From Phormidesmis sp. (GTDB taxonomy: Bacteria; Cyanobacteriota; Cyanobacteriia; Phormidesmidales; Phormidesmidaceae): a DNA stretch of 51,702 nucleotides. The stretch covers positions 1 to 51,702 of the forward strand of contig JBARVS010000527.1 of the NCBI GenBank assembly GCA_049646385.1, written 5' to 3'. The number at the start of each line of letters is the position of its first letter. Position 1 is the stretch's first letter. Positions 1-8,996 of this stretch are shown here, piece by piece. Below the pieces are notes generated by a model, which was not told where the DNA came from, searched no databases, and was given only the letters and a program-made list of their open reading frames with translations. The position numbers and the translations under genes were made by a program.

Positions 1-512
1 GTGCTTACATAGTTAGTGGCTAAATAGAGTGTCGCAGGCAGGTCGTACTTGGCTAAAATTGGAGCCGCTACCGTGAGATTATTGCGATAGCCATCGTCAA
101 ACGTGATGGCTACGGTTCCTCTTTTAATAGGCTCTTTCCTTTTGAGCTTTTGAGTGAGCCGTTCGATAGAAATAACCTGGCGGTACTGAGATAAAAATCT
201 CATCTGCTGCTCAAAAACATCTTCAGATATGCAGTTGCACGGATCTATCCAAGGCTGCTCAGACGCAGGCGGAACGCTGTGATACATCAAAATAGTCGCA
301 ACTGACTCACGCTGCATCCGGGCGTAAAGCGAAGAGAGCCCAGACTGATAGGAAAGCAAATGGAGTCGCCTGCGCAGGCGCTCTTTGAAGGTGAAAGAAG
401 GCGCTGTGTCGAGCGGTAGAAACGCTACGGGTGAGGATGTGGGTAAGGTTGGAGCGTTTGTGCAGGCGATGGTGACCTGGGATAGACGAGGAACAGAAAC
501 AGAGGGGGACAT
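1..512 (-). CDS. polysaccharide deacetylase (NodB/CE4 family), 3'-truncated by window edge
   Basis: Not in the ORF track. Manual translation from ATG at 512 (alternative ATG at 317) gives ...MQRESVATILMYHSVP...RGTVAITFDDGYRNNLTVAAPILAKYDLPATLYLATNYV, with the ILMYH and TFDDG motifs. The frame is open to the edge. Confidence 0.85.
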   Translation of the reverse strand, partial: MSPSVSVPRLSQVTIACTNAPTLPTSSPVAFLPLDTAPSFTFKERLRRRLHLLSYQSGLSSLYARMQRESVATILMYHSVPPASEQPWIDPCNCISEDVFEQQMRFLSQYRQVISIERLTQKLKRKEPIKRGTVAITFDDGYRNNLTVAAPILAKYDLPATLYLATNYVS

Positions 513-726
513 GGCATTTGACGTTGTAGCGTTGATCCTGCTGCAAACTCTGATATGCCAGAGTTAAGCAGCTTTTAACTGGTTTTAACTGTGCTGGCCG
601 TTTGCCTCCTCTGTATTTTTCAAGCGATCGCTTACTGCAAAAGAGCGCGATCGCTAGATATATGTTCCATAAAGCGCTCTTTGATTTCTTTTAAACTTAC
701 TTTTGATGAGTGAGGTATTAACTCAG

Positions 727-1833
727 CTAAGCAGGCAGTGGCATACTGAGCGCCTCAGCCGCTTTAGAAGCGCGCAGCTGCCCGCAGGCGGCATCTTTCT
801 CCAACCCTCTAGAATAGCGAACGCTAACGGCAATGCCTTTGTCTTTGAGCTGCTGGGTAAAGTCTTCTACGCGCGCCTGAGTCGGGCGCTTGTAATCAAC
901 TTCTACAATGGGATTGTAAGGAATCAAATTAACGTGGCTCTGGAAGCCTCGTAGCTCACTCGCTAGCTCTAAAGCATGTTCTGGCTTGTCGTTAAGCCCT
1001 GCCAGCACAATATATTCAAAGCTGACGCGACGCCCGGTGAGCTTTACATAGTCGCGGCACTCAGCGAGCAAATCTTGCAGCGGATATTTCTCGGCGCTGG
1101 GGATGAGCTGGGTGCGCAGCGCTTGATTGCTGGCGTGAAGGCTCACAGCCAGGGTAATTTGCAGCTGCTGGTCAGCAAGGCGACGAATGTGACCTGGAAT
1201 GCCGACGGTAGAAACTGTGATCATCCGCTGGCCAATGCCGATATCTTGGTTGAGCGATCGCACCGCCGCCACCACATTATCCGTATTTAATAGCGGCTCG
1301 CCCATCCCCATAAACACAACGTTGCTCACGCGCCGCCCAAAGTCTTCCTGAACGCTCAGCACTTGGTCAACAATTTCATAGGTTTCTAAATTTCGCACAA
1401 AGCCGCCTTTGCCCGTGGCGCAAAAGTCGCACCCCATCGGACAGCCAATTTGAGACGACACGCACACCGTTAGCCGCTTAGGTGACGGAATGCCCACGGC
1501 TTCAATAATGTGGCCGTCATTGAGCTTGAGCAAATATTTAATGGTGCCATCGGGCGACTCGGAGCGGTAGTGAAGGTGCGATCGCCCAATTGGGAAATCC
1601 TGCACCTCAGCCCGCCATTTTTTAGAAAATACCGTCACCTCATCGAGCGAGCGAACGCCCCGCTGATAGATCCACTGATGAAGCTGCTTGCCCCGATAAG
1701 CAGGCTGCCCACGCTCGACAACCCACTGGGTTAATGATTCTACCGAGCGGGCCAGCAAAGGCACGGCAGTCGGTTCTGTTGCAGATGTGCTAGCTGGCGT
1801 TGAAGGCGCGCTCGAAAGGGCTGTTGAAACCAT
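727..1833 (-). CDS. rlmN: 23S rRNA m2A2503 / tRNA methyltransferase RlmN (radical SAM)
   Basis: [18 protein letters not shown] (CxxxCxxC), [12 protein letters not shown]-terminal AACGQL. Confidence 0.95.
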   Translation of the reverse strand: MVSTALSSAPSTPASTSATEPTAVPLLARSVESLTQWVVERGQPAYRGKQLHQWIYQRGVRSLDEVTVFSKKWRAEVQDFPIGRSHLHYRSESPDGTIKYLLKLNDGHIIEAVGIPSPKRLTVCVSSQIGCPMGCDFCATGKGGFVRNLETYEIVDQVLSVQEDFGRRVSNVVFMGMGEPLLNTDNVVAAVRSLNQDIGIGQRMITVSTVGIPGHIRRLADQQLQITLAVSLHASNQALRTQLIPSAEKYPLQDLLAECRDYVKLTGRRVSFEYIVLAGLNDKPEHALELASELRGFQSHVNLIPYNPIVEVDYKRPTQARVEDFTQQLKDKGIAVSVRYSRGLEKDAACGQLRASKAAEALSMPLPA

Positions 1834-1866
1834 AGAAAAAGAAATATCTCAAAAATTAAACCAGCT

Positions 1867-2652
1867 CTATTTACGAGACGGGTCACCATCATTCATCAAA
1901 TCAACCAGCCCTTCAGTCAATGCTTTAGGATCCATAAACAGCACCTTAGAGTTGTCACTCTCCCCAATCTTTTGGTTAGCAGCTACGTAGCGCTGCGCGA
2001 GGAGGTAATGTAAAACCTCTCGACCGTTGCCCGTAGCCGCAAGCGCTTCAGACAAAATTCGCATAGATTCCACGTCAGCTTGAGCTTCTGAAATTTTAGC
2101 GCTTTTTTCATAAGCAGCGGCTCGCTCTTTTTGCATCGCCTCAAGCACGTTTTGAGGCGGCTCTAGCTTTTGAATTTCTACTCTGTTTACCTTCAGGCCC
2201 CAGGGCGCGGTGGCTTCATCCAATACATCTAGCAAGGCGCTGTTGATGGTATCACGGGAGGAAAATAGCTGCTGAAAGTCTGTTTTACCCACCTCAGAGC
2301 GCAAGGTTGTAATCACCAGCTCCTGCATCGCGAACTCTACGTCCTCAACGGCATAGTAGGTTCGCTTTAGGTCATAGATTCGCCAGTAAATAATCGCGTC
2401 TACTTCAAGATCAACGTTGTCTTTAGTAATGGCTCTTTGCGGCGGAATATCGAGCGTTTGCTCGCGCAAGGAGTCTTCTAGCACAACTGAATCTAACAGA
2501 GGCACAATAAAGCTCAGCCCCGGCTTTAGCGTGTCTCGGTATCGGCCCAATCGTTCGACCAAAGCAGCATTGCCTTCTTTGATAATGCGCACTGAGCCAA
2601 CGCTGTAGCCAACAAGGATAAAAGCGAGGATGGCTATGATTGACGAGAACAT
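1867..2652 (-). CDS. SPFH/band 7 (stomatin-like, paraslipin) membrane protein
   Basis: N-terminal TM segment, LVERLGRY, AITKDNV, LDEATAPWGLKVNRVEI, SKVLFMDP. Confidence 0.9.
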   Translation of the reverse strand: MFSSIIAILAFILVGYSVGSVRIIKEGNAALVERLGRYRDTLKPGLSFIVPLLDSVVLEDSLREQTLDIPPQRAITKDNVDLEVDAIIYWRIYDLKRTYYAVEDVEFAMQELVITTLRSEVGKTDFQQLFSSRDTINSALLDVLDEATAPWGLKVNRVEIQKLEPPQNVLEAMQKERAAAYEKSAKISEAQADVESMRILSEALAATGNGREVLHYLLAQRYVAANQKIGESDNSKVLFMDPKALTEGLVDLMNDGDPSRK

Positions 2653-2917
2653 GGGCGGTGACTCTTGAAGTGTGCTCTGTCGGTGTGCTCTTCGGTAGGT
2701 AATCGGTCAGGCGCTTTGCTTCGAGATCGTTGCCCGACAGATCTGCTTAAGGCTTAGCACATTTGCATAAGAAAGTATAGATGAAAATTGAGCAGGCCGC
2801 TAAACGTATCTGATAGCTCACTTAATAACCTATAGCTCGCTTAAATAGGCACGGCTGTACGTCAAAGATTCGGCGGGCGACGAATGTTTACTATGATCGT
2901 GACGCGATAATGGCGCA

Positions 2918-4309
2918 CTATTGCGCTGAGAGTTTCAATGGCAGATCCATGATGAAGGCAGTTTGATTGTGGCTGCTCTCTACTTCAATGCTGCCCTCCA
3001 GATGGCCGATGAGCCGTTGAGTGAGGGCCAGCCCTAGCCCGGTTCCGCCTTGTTTCCAGGGGTCAGCGCTGGGCACCCGATAGAACTTATCAAAGATGCG
3101 CTGGCGTTCTTCTTCGGCGATTTCAACGCCAGTATTGACGACGCTAAAGCGAATTTTTTCGGCGCGGTGGCTAATGGCGATATTGATGCTGTGCTCAGGC
3201 GGCGTATATTTACAGGCGTTGTTGATTAGCTCTGTCATCACCCGCTCAATGCTAGCTAGATCGGAGATAAACTCGGGCAGGTCTTCAGCAATGGTGACCG
3301 CAATAGAGAGCCCTCTACTTTTGACTCTAGGCTTGAAGCCGTTGACAATATTAGGTAGCCAGTTGTTCAAATCAATCGGCTGTAGCAGCATAGGATGGTT
3401 GCCAACATCTAGCCTTTGCAGATCGAGCAGGTCGTTGATAAGGCTAATTTCTCGTTCGCATTCTTCTTTGAGGATGCGATAGTAGCGAGCGAGGCGGCCC
3501 TGCTCGGTTAAGGGCTTTTCTAGCTCTGCGTCGAGCTGGTATTCCTGATTGAGGGTGACGCCGAGGAGCTGTAGGGCGACGCGCATACTGGTGACTGGGG
3601 TGCGCAGCTCGTGCGATACGGTGCTCAAAAAGTCATCTTTGAGCGTATTGACCCGCTCTAGCTCGCGCACCTGAGACTGAGATTCTTGATACAGTCTGGC
3701 CTGACGGATGGCGATCGCACATTGATTAGTCACCTGCTCGACCAGTCGAATATCAATTTCGCTGAGGCTGTGAGCCATATCGTTAATCATCCATAAATCG
3801 CCCAAAACGCCGCGATCATCCAAGATGGGCGCAGCGAACATGGATACTCGTCCCCGCGCAGGATGAGGAATGATTGAGCAAAACTGTAAGTAATGACCGT
3901 CTAGCAACTGATGATAAACTTCAGAGTAAGCTTCCATTTGCGAAACTCGACCGCGAATAGAAGGCAACCCGTCTGAAAATTCGTAGGCGACCGTTGAGGT
4001 GCCCTGATCTAGGTCATACAGGGCGGTGTTAGCAGCTTTGGCACTGAGCGTTTTTACCAGCTCTTCTACCGCTGATTGCAGTATATGTTGCTCATCAAGG
4101 CTGTCGCGCACCCGGTCGGTAATGCGCTTAAGCGTGGACTCTAGCCTGAGGGCGTTGGCTAGCTCTGCCTGGTTGATCTCTAGCTGACGCTTAAGCACCT
4201 CGTTTTGCTCTCGGAGCTGAGTGAGTTCTGGGGCGATCGCAATCGTCGAAAATTCAGGCATGTCAGTTGACCCAAAGGGTGACTCAGACGGACGGATTGA
4301 AAGGCTCAT
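2918..4309 (-). CDS. soluble GAF-domain sensor histidine kinase
   Basis: GAF domain ending AIAIRQARLYQ; H-box FLSTVSHELRTP; N-box ELINNACKYT; G-boxes IFDKFYR and GGTGLGL. Confidence 0.92.
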   Translation of the reverse strand: MSLSIRPSESPFGSTDMPEFSTIAIAPELTQLREQNEVLKRQLEINQAELANALRLESTLKRITDRVRDSLDEQHILQSAVEELVKTLSAKAANTALYDLDQGTSTVAYEFSDGLPSIRGRVSQMEAYSEVYHQLLDGHYLQFCSIIPHPARGRVSMFAAPILDDRGVLGDLWMINDMAHSLSEIDIRLVEQVTNQCAIAIRQARLYQESQSQVRELERVNTLKDDFLSTVSHELRTPVTSMRVALQLLGVTLNQEYQLDAELEKPLTEQGRLARYYRILKEECEREISLINDLLDLQRLDVGNHPMLLQPIDLNNWLPNIVNGFKPRVKSRGLSIAVTIAEDLPEFISDLASIERVMTELINNACKYTPPEHSINIAISHRAEKIRFSVVNTGVEIAEEERQRIFDKFYRVPSADPWKQGGTGLGLALTQRLIGHLEGSIEVESSHNQTAFIMDLPLKLSAQ

Positions 4310-4417
4310 GAGGCAATCGGCAGCATCGGCAGCATAGGTAAAAGTAAGATGCCCTTTTTAGTCATAAGAATATAAACCATTGTTGATATATATGATGTGA
4401 GATACGTTGTTAAGAAC

Positions 4418-5128
4418 ATGCCATTAGCTTCAACCAACCCTGCTGTAGCTTTATCTTCTTTAGTTTCGCCCGCGCTTGAGCCTGTCCTTGAGACACTACG
4501 GCCAGCGGCAGTTTCGCCAGAGATTGCCGCTGCGCCGCTGCGGTTAGGCGTGATGGCTTCGGGCAGCGGCAGTAATTTTGAGGCGATCGCGCGCGCGATC
4601 GCGCGCAAAGAACTCAATGCGCGGATCGAGCTAGTAATTTATAACAATCCAGCAGCAGCGGTTGCAAGTCGAGCCGAACGGCTAGGCGTGCCCGCTCAGC
4701 TATTAAACCATCGCACCTTCGAGAGCAGGGAAGCCTTAGACACAGCTATTGTGCAAACGCTCAAGGCTGCGGGCGTAGAGTGGGTAATTATGGCGGGCTG
4801 GATGCGGCGAGTAACCCAGCAGCTAATTTCAGCTTTTCCAGGACAAATCTTAAACATTCACCCCAGCTTGCTACCTAGCTTTCCAGGTATGCGAGCGGTA
4901 GAGCAGGCCCTTAATGCGGGCGTCAAAATCACGGGCTGTAGCGTTCATCACGTAGAGCTAGTTGTCGATAGCGGGCCGATTGTTATGCAGGCAGCGGTGC
5001 CTGTACTGCCGGATGACAGCGTAGAAACATTGCAAGCGCGGATTCAGGTGCAGGAGCATCGAATTTTTCCACAGGCGATTGCGATCGCAGCGCAGCAAAC
5101 ATTTAATGAGTGCTTACAGCCAAACTAA
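4418..5128 (+). CDS. purN: phosphoribosylglycinamide formyltransferase
   Basis: LGVMASGSGSNFEAI, LNIHPSLLPSFPG, VDSGPIVMQ, QEHRIFP. Likely ATG at 4418 (track ORF starts at 4397). Confidence 0.95.
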   Translation: MPLASTNPAVALSSLVSPALEPVLETLRPAAVSPEIAAAPLRLGVMASGSGSNFEAIARAIARKELNARIELVIYNNPAAAVASRAERLGVPAQLLNHRTFESREALDTAIVQTLKAAGVEWVIMAGWMRRVTQQLISAFPGQILNIHPSLLPSFPGMRAVEQALNAGVKITGCSVHHVELVVDSGPIVMQAAVPVLPDDSVETLQARIQVQEHRIFPQAIAIAAQQTFNECLQPN

Positions 5129-5731
5129 ACAGCAGCTAAAATTGACAGCTGCTTAAGCTATTAGCAGCTTGCTTATAAATGTAAATCTACGAGAAATTGA
5201 CTATAAATTTGACTGTAAATTAGAAGATTTACTTAAGTATTACGGATAGTATTTTGAAAGGCCAATAAATCTCGTTAAAGCTGTTGTCATGAGTAGCGAT
5301 AAAAACTGATGTTAAAATTAGCTTTCACCTAGAAATTACCTAGCTGTTCATTGCATTTACTTAAGAGAAAAGCAGCTTGTTTAGCTGCCCTTATTTATAT
5401 TTTTGGCCTGTACTATTTTCTGAGCTATTTACTGTACTAGGCTTTGACTGTTTTCAAAGATTACTTAAGTAAGCATTAAATATGCTCCTAATCGTTTGAA
5501 GCGCAGCGGCTTACACGGACAGCAATGAGTCTCTTTAGGAAAGGGCTCCTTGAAAAGATAGTGCTTTCAACGGAGTTAAGCATCAATCTAAGTTGCTATA
5601 TTTTATGCAGGTGAAATGAGACAAGTGCCTGATGGTTAAACCTGTTTTATTTTGACTTTATTAAAGTTTCTTCCGGAGCATTAAGCTAACTCAAAGAAGA
5701 CAGGAATGTGAGTCGTTAGGGTTCAATAAAA

Positions 5732-6037
5732 ATGTTCGGAATGTCAAACTTTAAATCGTCTAAAAATAACGCATCCACTTCTAAATCGTATGGCCTTAAT
5801 GGTGGCCTTAAGCGTCGAGCAGATAGCCTTGAGTTTTTAGTTCGTACAGCGATGACAAACGGCGAGCTTTCGCCAGGTGTCGCAGCGCAAATTGACCGCT
5901 ATCGGCAGGGAACTCTCTCTTGCGAGGATCGACGGATGCTCGCCATTTTAGAGAATGCGATCGCCGATGGCTGTGTGATTCCGATTGAGATGCCTCTGCT
6001 TCAAAATCGCCGTCAGATAGCCTACAGTCAGGCTTAA
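5732..6037 (+). CDS. small hypothetical protein (resembles small helical cyanobacterial proteins)
   Basis: 101-aa ORF with ATG after a 600-bp AT-rich gap; LVRTAMTNGELSP...LSCEDRRMLAILENAIADGCV pattern. Confidence 0.65.
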   Translation: MFGMSNFKSSKNNASTSKSYGLNGGLKRRADSLEFLVRTAMTNGELSPGVAAQIDRYRQGTLSCEDRRMLAILENAIADGCVIPIEMPLLQNRRQIAYSQA

Positions 6038-6060
6038 AGAGTCAGACTTAAAGAGTCAGA
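6026..6060. repeat. 14-bp tandem repeat, about 2.5 copies (AGTCAG(G/A)CTTAAAG)
   Basis: agtcaggcttaaag-agtcagacttaaag-agtcaga, spanning the stop codon of the 5732-6037 ORF. Confidence 0.8.
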
Positions 6061-6234
6061 ATCAGCTATTCAGATTTAGTGAGTAAAGCTCAAACGCCCG
6101 TGCTTCTTTAGAGAGATATTGCCCCCACTGTAGCCGCGATCGCTTAAAATGCTAGCTCTATGTAGCCTTACTAAAGGGCGGTAGTCGTTTGCCGCCTTTT
6201 TTGCTGGTCGCCTTTTAGCCTCTTTTTCTACAGA

Positions 6235-6293
6235 GGCCCGAAGAATCCCAAAAGGCCCAAAGAATCCCAAAAGGCCCAAAGAATCCCAAAAGG
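6235..6293. repeat. 19-bp tandem repeat x3 (GGCCC(G/A)AAGAATCCCAAAA)
   Basis: Units at 6235, 6254 and 6273, read directly; no spacers. Confidence 0.9.
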
Positions 6294-6328
6294 TTAGAGT
6301 CCTAAAAAGTTTAGAGCGCTTCTCATTA

Positions 6329-7114
6329 ATGTCACCGATCCGTCACTCCATAGCTCAGCCCTCAGCTCAAACAGTTTGGAGCAGCCCGCTTGAGGTTTCT
6401 CGCTGGATGTTGTTTTCTATGGGCATCCAGATCAGGCGATACCATTTGGAGCGACTGCCGAAGTCACCTTTTTTGATGATCTCCAACCACCGCAGCTTTT
6501 TAGATGCACCTTTGCTAATGGCAGCGGCACAAAGGCCCGTTCATTTTGCCTGTCATCACTACATGTCTCAGGTGCCCGTGATGCGCAACGTGGTAGACGC
6601 CCTAGGATGCTTTCCACTAGATGAACCAGCCCAGAGAGGGCGGCATTTTTTTCGGCAGGCAACGGGGTTTTTGCGGCAGCAAGAATCTATTGGCGTGTTT
6701 CCTGAAGGCACAGATCCGATGGTTGAGGTCACCGCAGCCGATCAGGTGGGCCCGTTTCACCGAGGGTTTGCTCATCTTGCATTGCGATCGCAGCGCCTTC
6801 TAGAAACGCGCACATCGGCAGAAGATCTCAAAATAGTGCCCGCCGCCGTAATTGCCATAGAAGAAAAACAGCAGAATACAGTGCCCTTCCAGCTACTGAG
6901 CTGGTTTGACCCGAGTGAGCCGCTGTTTCAGCAGCCAGGATTGCACCCGGCTGTGCTGTACCGCCGTGTGGCCGTGGTCATTGGTGAGCCGATTGCGGTC
7001 AGTGATTGGCAGCGGCAGGGCTATCATGGTAAGCGAGCAGGCCAAATCGCTACTGAGCTGAGCGAGCAGTGCCACCATCAAGTTCAAACCCTGCTTCAGG
7101 CAGGCTGCTACTAG
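6329..7114 (+). CDS. lysophospholipid acyltransferase (PlsC/LPLAT family)
   Basis: Catalytic NHRSFLD (HX4D) and GVFPEG motifs. Confidence 0.9.
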   Translation: MSPIRHSIAQPSAQTVWSSPLEVSRWMLFSMGIQIRRYHLERLPKSPFLMISNHRSFLDAPLLMAAAQRPVHFACHHYMSQVPVMRNVVDALGCFPLDEPAQRGRHFFRQATGFLRQQESIGVFPEGTDPMVEVTAADQVGPFHRGFAHLALRSQRLLETRTSAEDLKIVPAAVIAIEEKQQNTVPFQLLSWFDPSEPLFQQPGLHPAVLYRRVAVVIGEPIAVSDWQRQGYHGKRAGQIATELSEQCHHQVQTLLQAGCY

Positions 7115-7116
7115 CT

Positions 7117-8058
7117 GTGGCCAGCAACACTCAGTCAGACTATTCCACTAAATATTCCGCTACGGCCCAGTCCAAGGCCAGCTCTGGAGCCAGCGCCGTC
7201 AGCTTTATCGCACCTAGCCCCACCGATAGCGTTACTGAAAAAAGCCAGCAAAGGCACAAACCGCTATTCGTTTTTTTGCCCGGAATGGACGGAAGCGGCA
7301 CCCTTTTGCGTCCACAGATGGATCGCTTAGCCCCTTGGTTTGACATCCGCTGCTTGATGATATCTCCCAAAGATATGACGGGATGGGAGCCCTTAGCCCA
7401 TCAGGTTAGCCGCTTGATCAGCACGGAGATAGGCGCAGACACAGAGCCGAAAATAAGCGGTTCTACAGCTAATTTTTCGGCCCCAAATTTTTCAACCCCA
7501 AAAGCTACCCAGCGCCGCCGCTCGGTGTATCTATGTGGGGAATCGTTCGGTGGATGCTTAGCCATGAAGGTGCTAACCCTATCTCCACATCTATTTAACC
7601 GGGTGATTTTGGTGAATCCGGCCTCTTCGTTTCGGCGACTGCCCTGGATGCACTTTGGCTCAATGGTGACCCGGCAGCTACCTAACCTAGCCTATCGCTA
7701 TAGTTCGCGGGGGCTAGCCCCTTTTTTGGTCGATCCTTTTCGGGTGGCACGGCGCGATCGCGAAGCCTTAGAAACCGCCATGGGATCGGTACCTGCCAAG
7801 GTAGCCGCTTGGCGGATGGCGCTGTTAGGTCGCTTTGAAGTCGAGCGACTGCCCCTAGAGCGCATGACGCACCCGGTGCTGCTAATTGCCGGAGAGCGCG
7901 ATTTGCTGCTGCCTTCTAAGCGAGAGGCCAAAAGCTTGCAGGCTCGGTTTCCCAACGCGCAGCTAACGCTATTGCCCAACAGCGGTCATGCCTGCCTGCT
8001 AGAAAAAGAAACTGATTTGTTCAAGATACTGCGTCAGCATGGTTTTTTAGAACGTTAG
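7117..8058 (+). CDS. alpha/beta hydrolase (esterase/lipase/thioesterase type)
   Basis: VFLPGMDGSG, nucleophile elbow LCGESFGG, LVNPASSF, SGHACLLE. Likely GTG start at 7117, just after the acyltransferase stop (track ORF starts at 7069). Confidence 0.9.
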   Translation: MASNTQSDYSTKYSATAQSKASSGASAVSFIAPSPTDSVTEKSQQRHKPLFVFLPGMDGSGTLLRPQMDRLAPWFDIRCLMISPKDMTGWEPLAHQVSRLISTEIGADTEPKISGSTANFSAPNFSTPKATQRRRSVYLCGESFGGCLAMKVLTLSPHLFNRVILVNPASSFRRLPWMHFGSMVTRQLPNLAYRYSSRGLAPFLVDPFRVARRDREALETAMGSVPAKVAAWRMALLGRFEVERLPLERMTHPVLLIAGERDLLLPSKREAKSLQARFPNAQLTLLPNSGHACLLEKETDLFKILRQHGFLER

Positions 8059-8167
8059 CGTATGGGTTTGCACCTTCAATTTTTGTGCACCAATCTGTGC
8101 GAGGAAGACGCATTGCCTCTATGATTTATAAGGTGATCACCGTTTAACTTTATTTTTTATATATCCC

Positions 8168-8887
8168 ATGTCAAAATTTTTTGGCTGGTTCCGCCCTATC
8201 TTCCGCCAGTTTTTTTGCTGTCTGGCGATCGCCCTGTTCGCTATCCAGATTGCAGCAGCACCCGCTTTGGCGACGGGCATTTACAGTATGCCGCCTTCAG
8301 CGAGCAGCGATAATTTGTTCATTGACGATGCCGCTCAAGTTTCACGGCTCAACGAAGGCAAAATTGAGAGTGACCTCCAGCAGCTAGCCCAGCAGACTGG
8401 CAATGAAGTTCACTTTGTCACCATTCATCGGCTAGACTACGGCGAAACGGCTCAGTCGTTTGCCGATCAGCTTTTAGCGCGCTGGTTTCCGACGCCCGAA
8501 GCGCGAGCGAATGAAACCGTCATTGTGCTGGACGATGTCACGAACAACATTGGCATTAGCGTGGGCAAGAAAACGGCTAGCGTGCTGCCTGACGATATTG
8601 CCCACAGCATTGTTGATGAGACCATGAAGGTGCCTTTACTGCGCGGCAACCTGTACAACCAGTCTTTTTTAGATGCTTCTGATCGTTTGGTTACTGTGAT
8701 TTCGGGCGAGCCCGACCCTGGCCCGCCGGAATATAACAATAGTGTGGATACAGATAGAAACTTTGCGACGGCTGAAGAGACCGAAGCTAGCCGTGGAACC
8801 TCTACAATTGTGGTGGTTGTGCTGTTGATCGCCGCGACGGTGATTCCAATGGCGACTTACTACTGGTATATTTCGGTTGGCGGCTAG
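8168..8887 (+). CDS. psb32: photosystem II repair protein Psb32 (TPM domain)
   Basis: Signal peptide ending ALA-TG, VTIHRLDYGET, GEPDPGPP, C-terminal TM LLIAATVIPMATYYWY. Confidence 0.85.
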   Translation: MSKFFGWFRPIFRQFFCCLAIALFAIQIAAAPALATGIYSMPPSASSDNLFIDDAAQVSRLNEGKIESDLQQLAQQTGNEVHFVTIHRLDYGETAQSFADQLLARWFPTPEARANETVIVLDDVTNNIGISVGKKTASVLPDDIAHSIVDETMKVPLLRGNLYNQSFLDASDRLVTVISGEPDPGPPEYNNSVDTDRNFATAEETEASRGTSTIVVVVLLIAATVIPMATYYWYISVGG

Positions 8888-8952
8888 CAATTCATCGCTA
8901 AGGATTCTTCTGGCTAGGAATTCTATGGATATGAGGCTTTCGATGTCGGATA

Positions 8953-8985
8953 TATCCGCTAGGCTATAATTTATCCGCTAGGCTA
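8953..8985 (+). promoter_or_regulatory. putative -10 element (TATAAT, 8965-8970) inside a direct repeat TATCCGCTAGGCTA x2
   Basis: Repeat copies at 8953-8966 and 8972-8985, upstream of the AI-2E transporter gene. Confidence 0.4.
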
Positions 8986-8996
8986 AAGAAGCTCAT

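Noticed and set aside
307..567. Track ORFs 307-546(-) and 385-567(+)
   Set aside because: They are shadow frames of the real polysaccharide deacetylase frame (ATG 512, minus strand).
5060..5731. AT-rich region as oriC
   Set aside because: Only one DnaA-box-like TTTTCCACA was seen (inside purN, about 5065); no box cluster and no dnaA/dnaN nearby.
6235..6293. Possible mini-CRISPR array
   Set aside because: The units are directly adjacent with no spacers, are only 19 bp long, and there are no cas genes.
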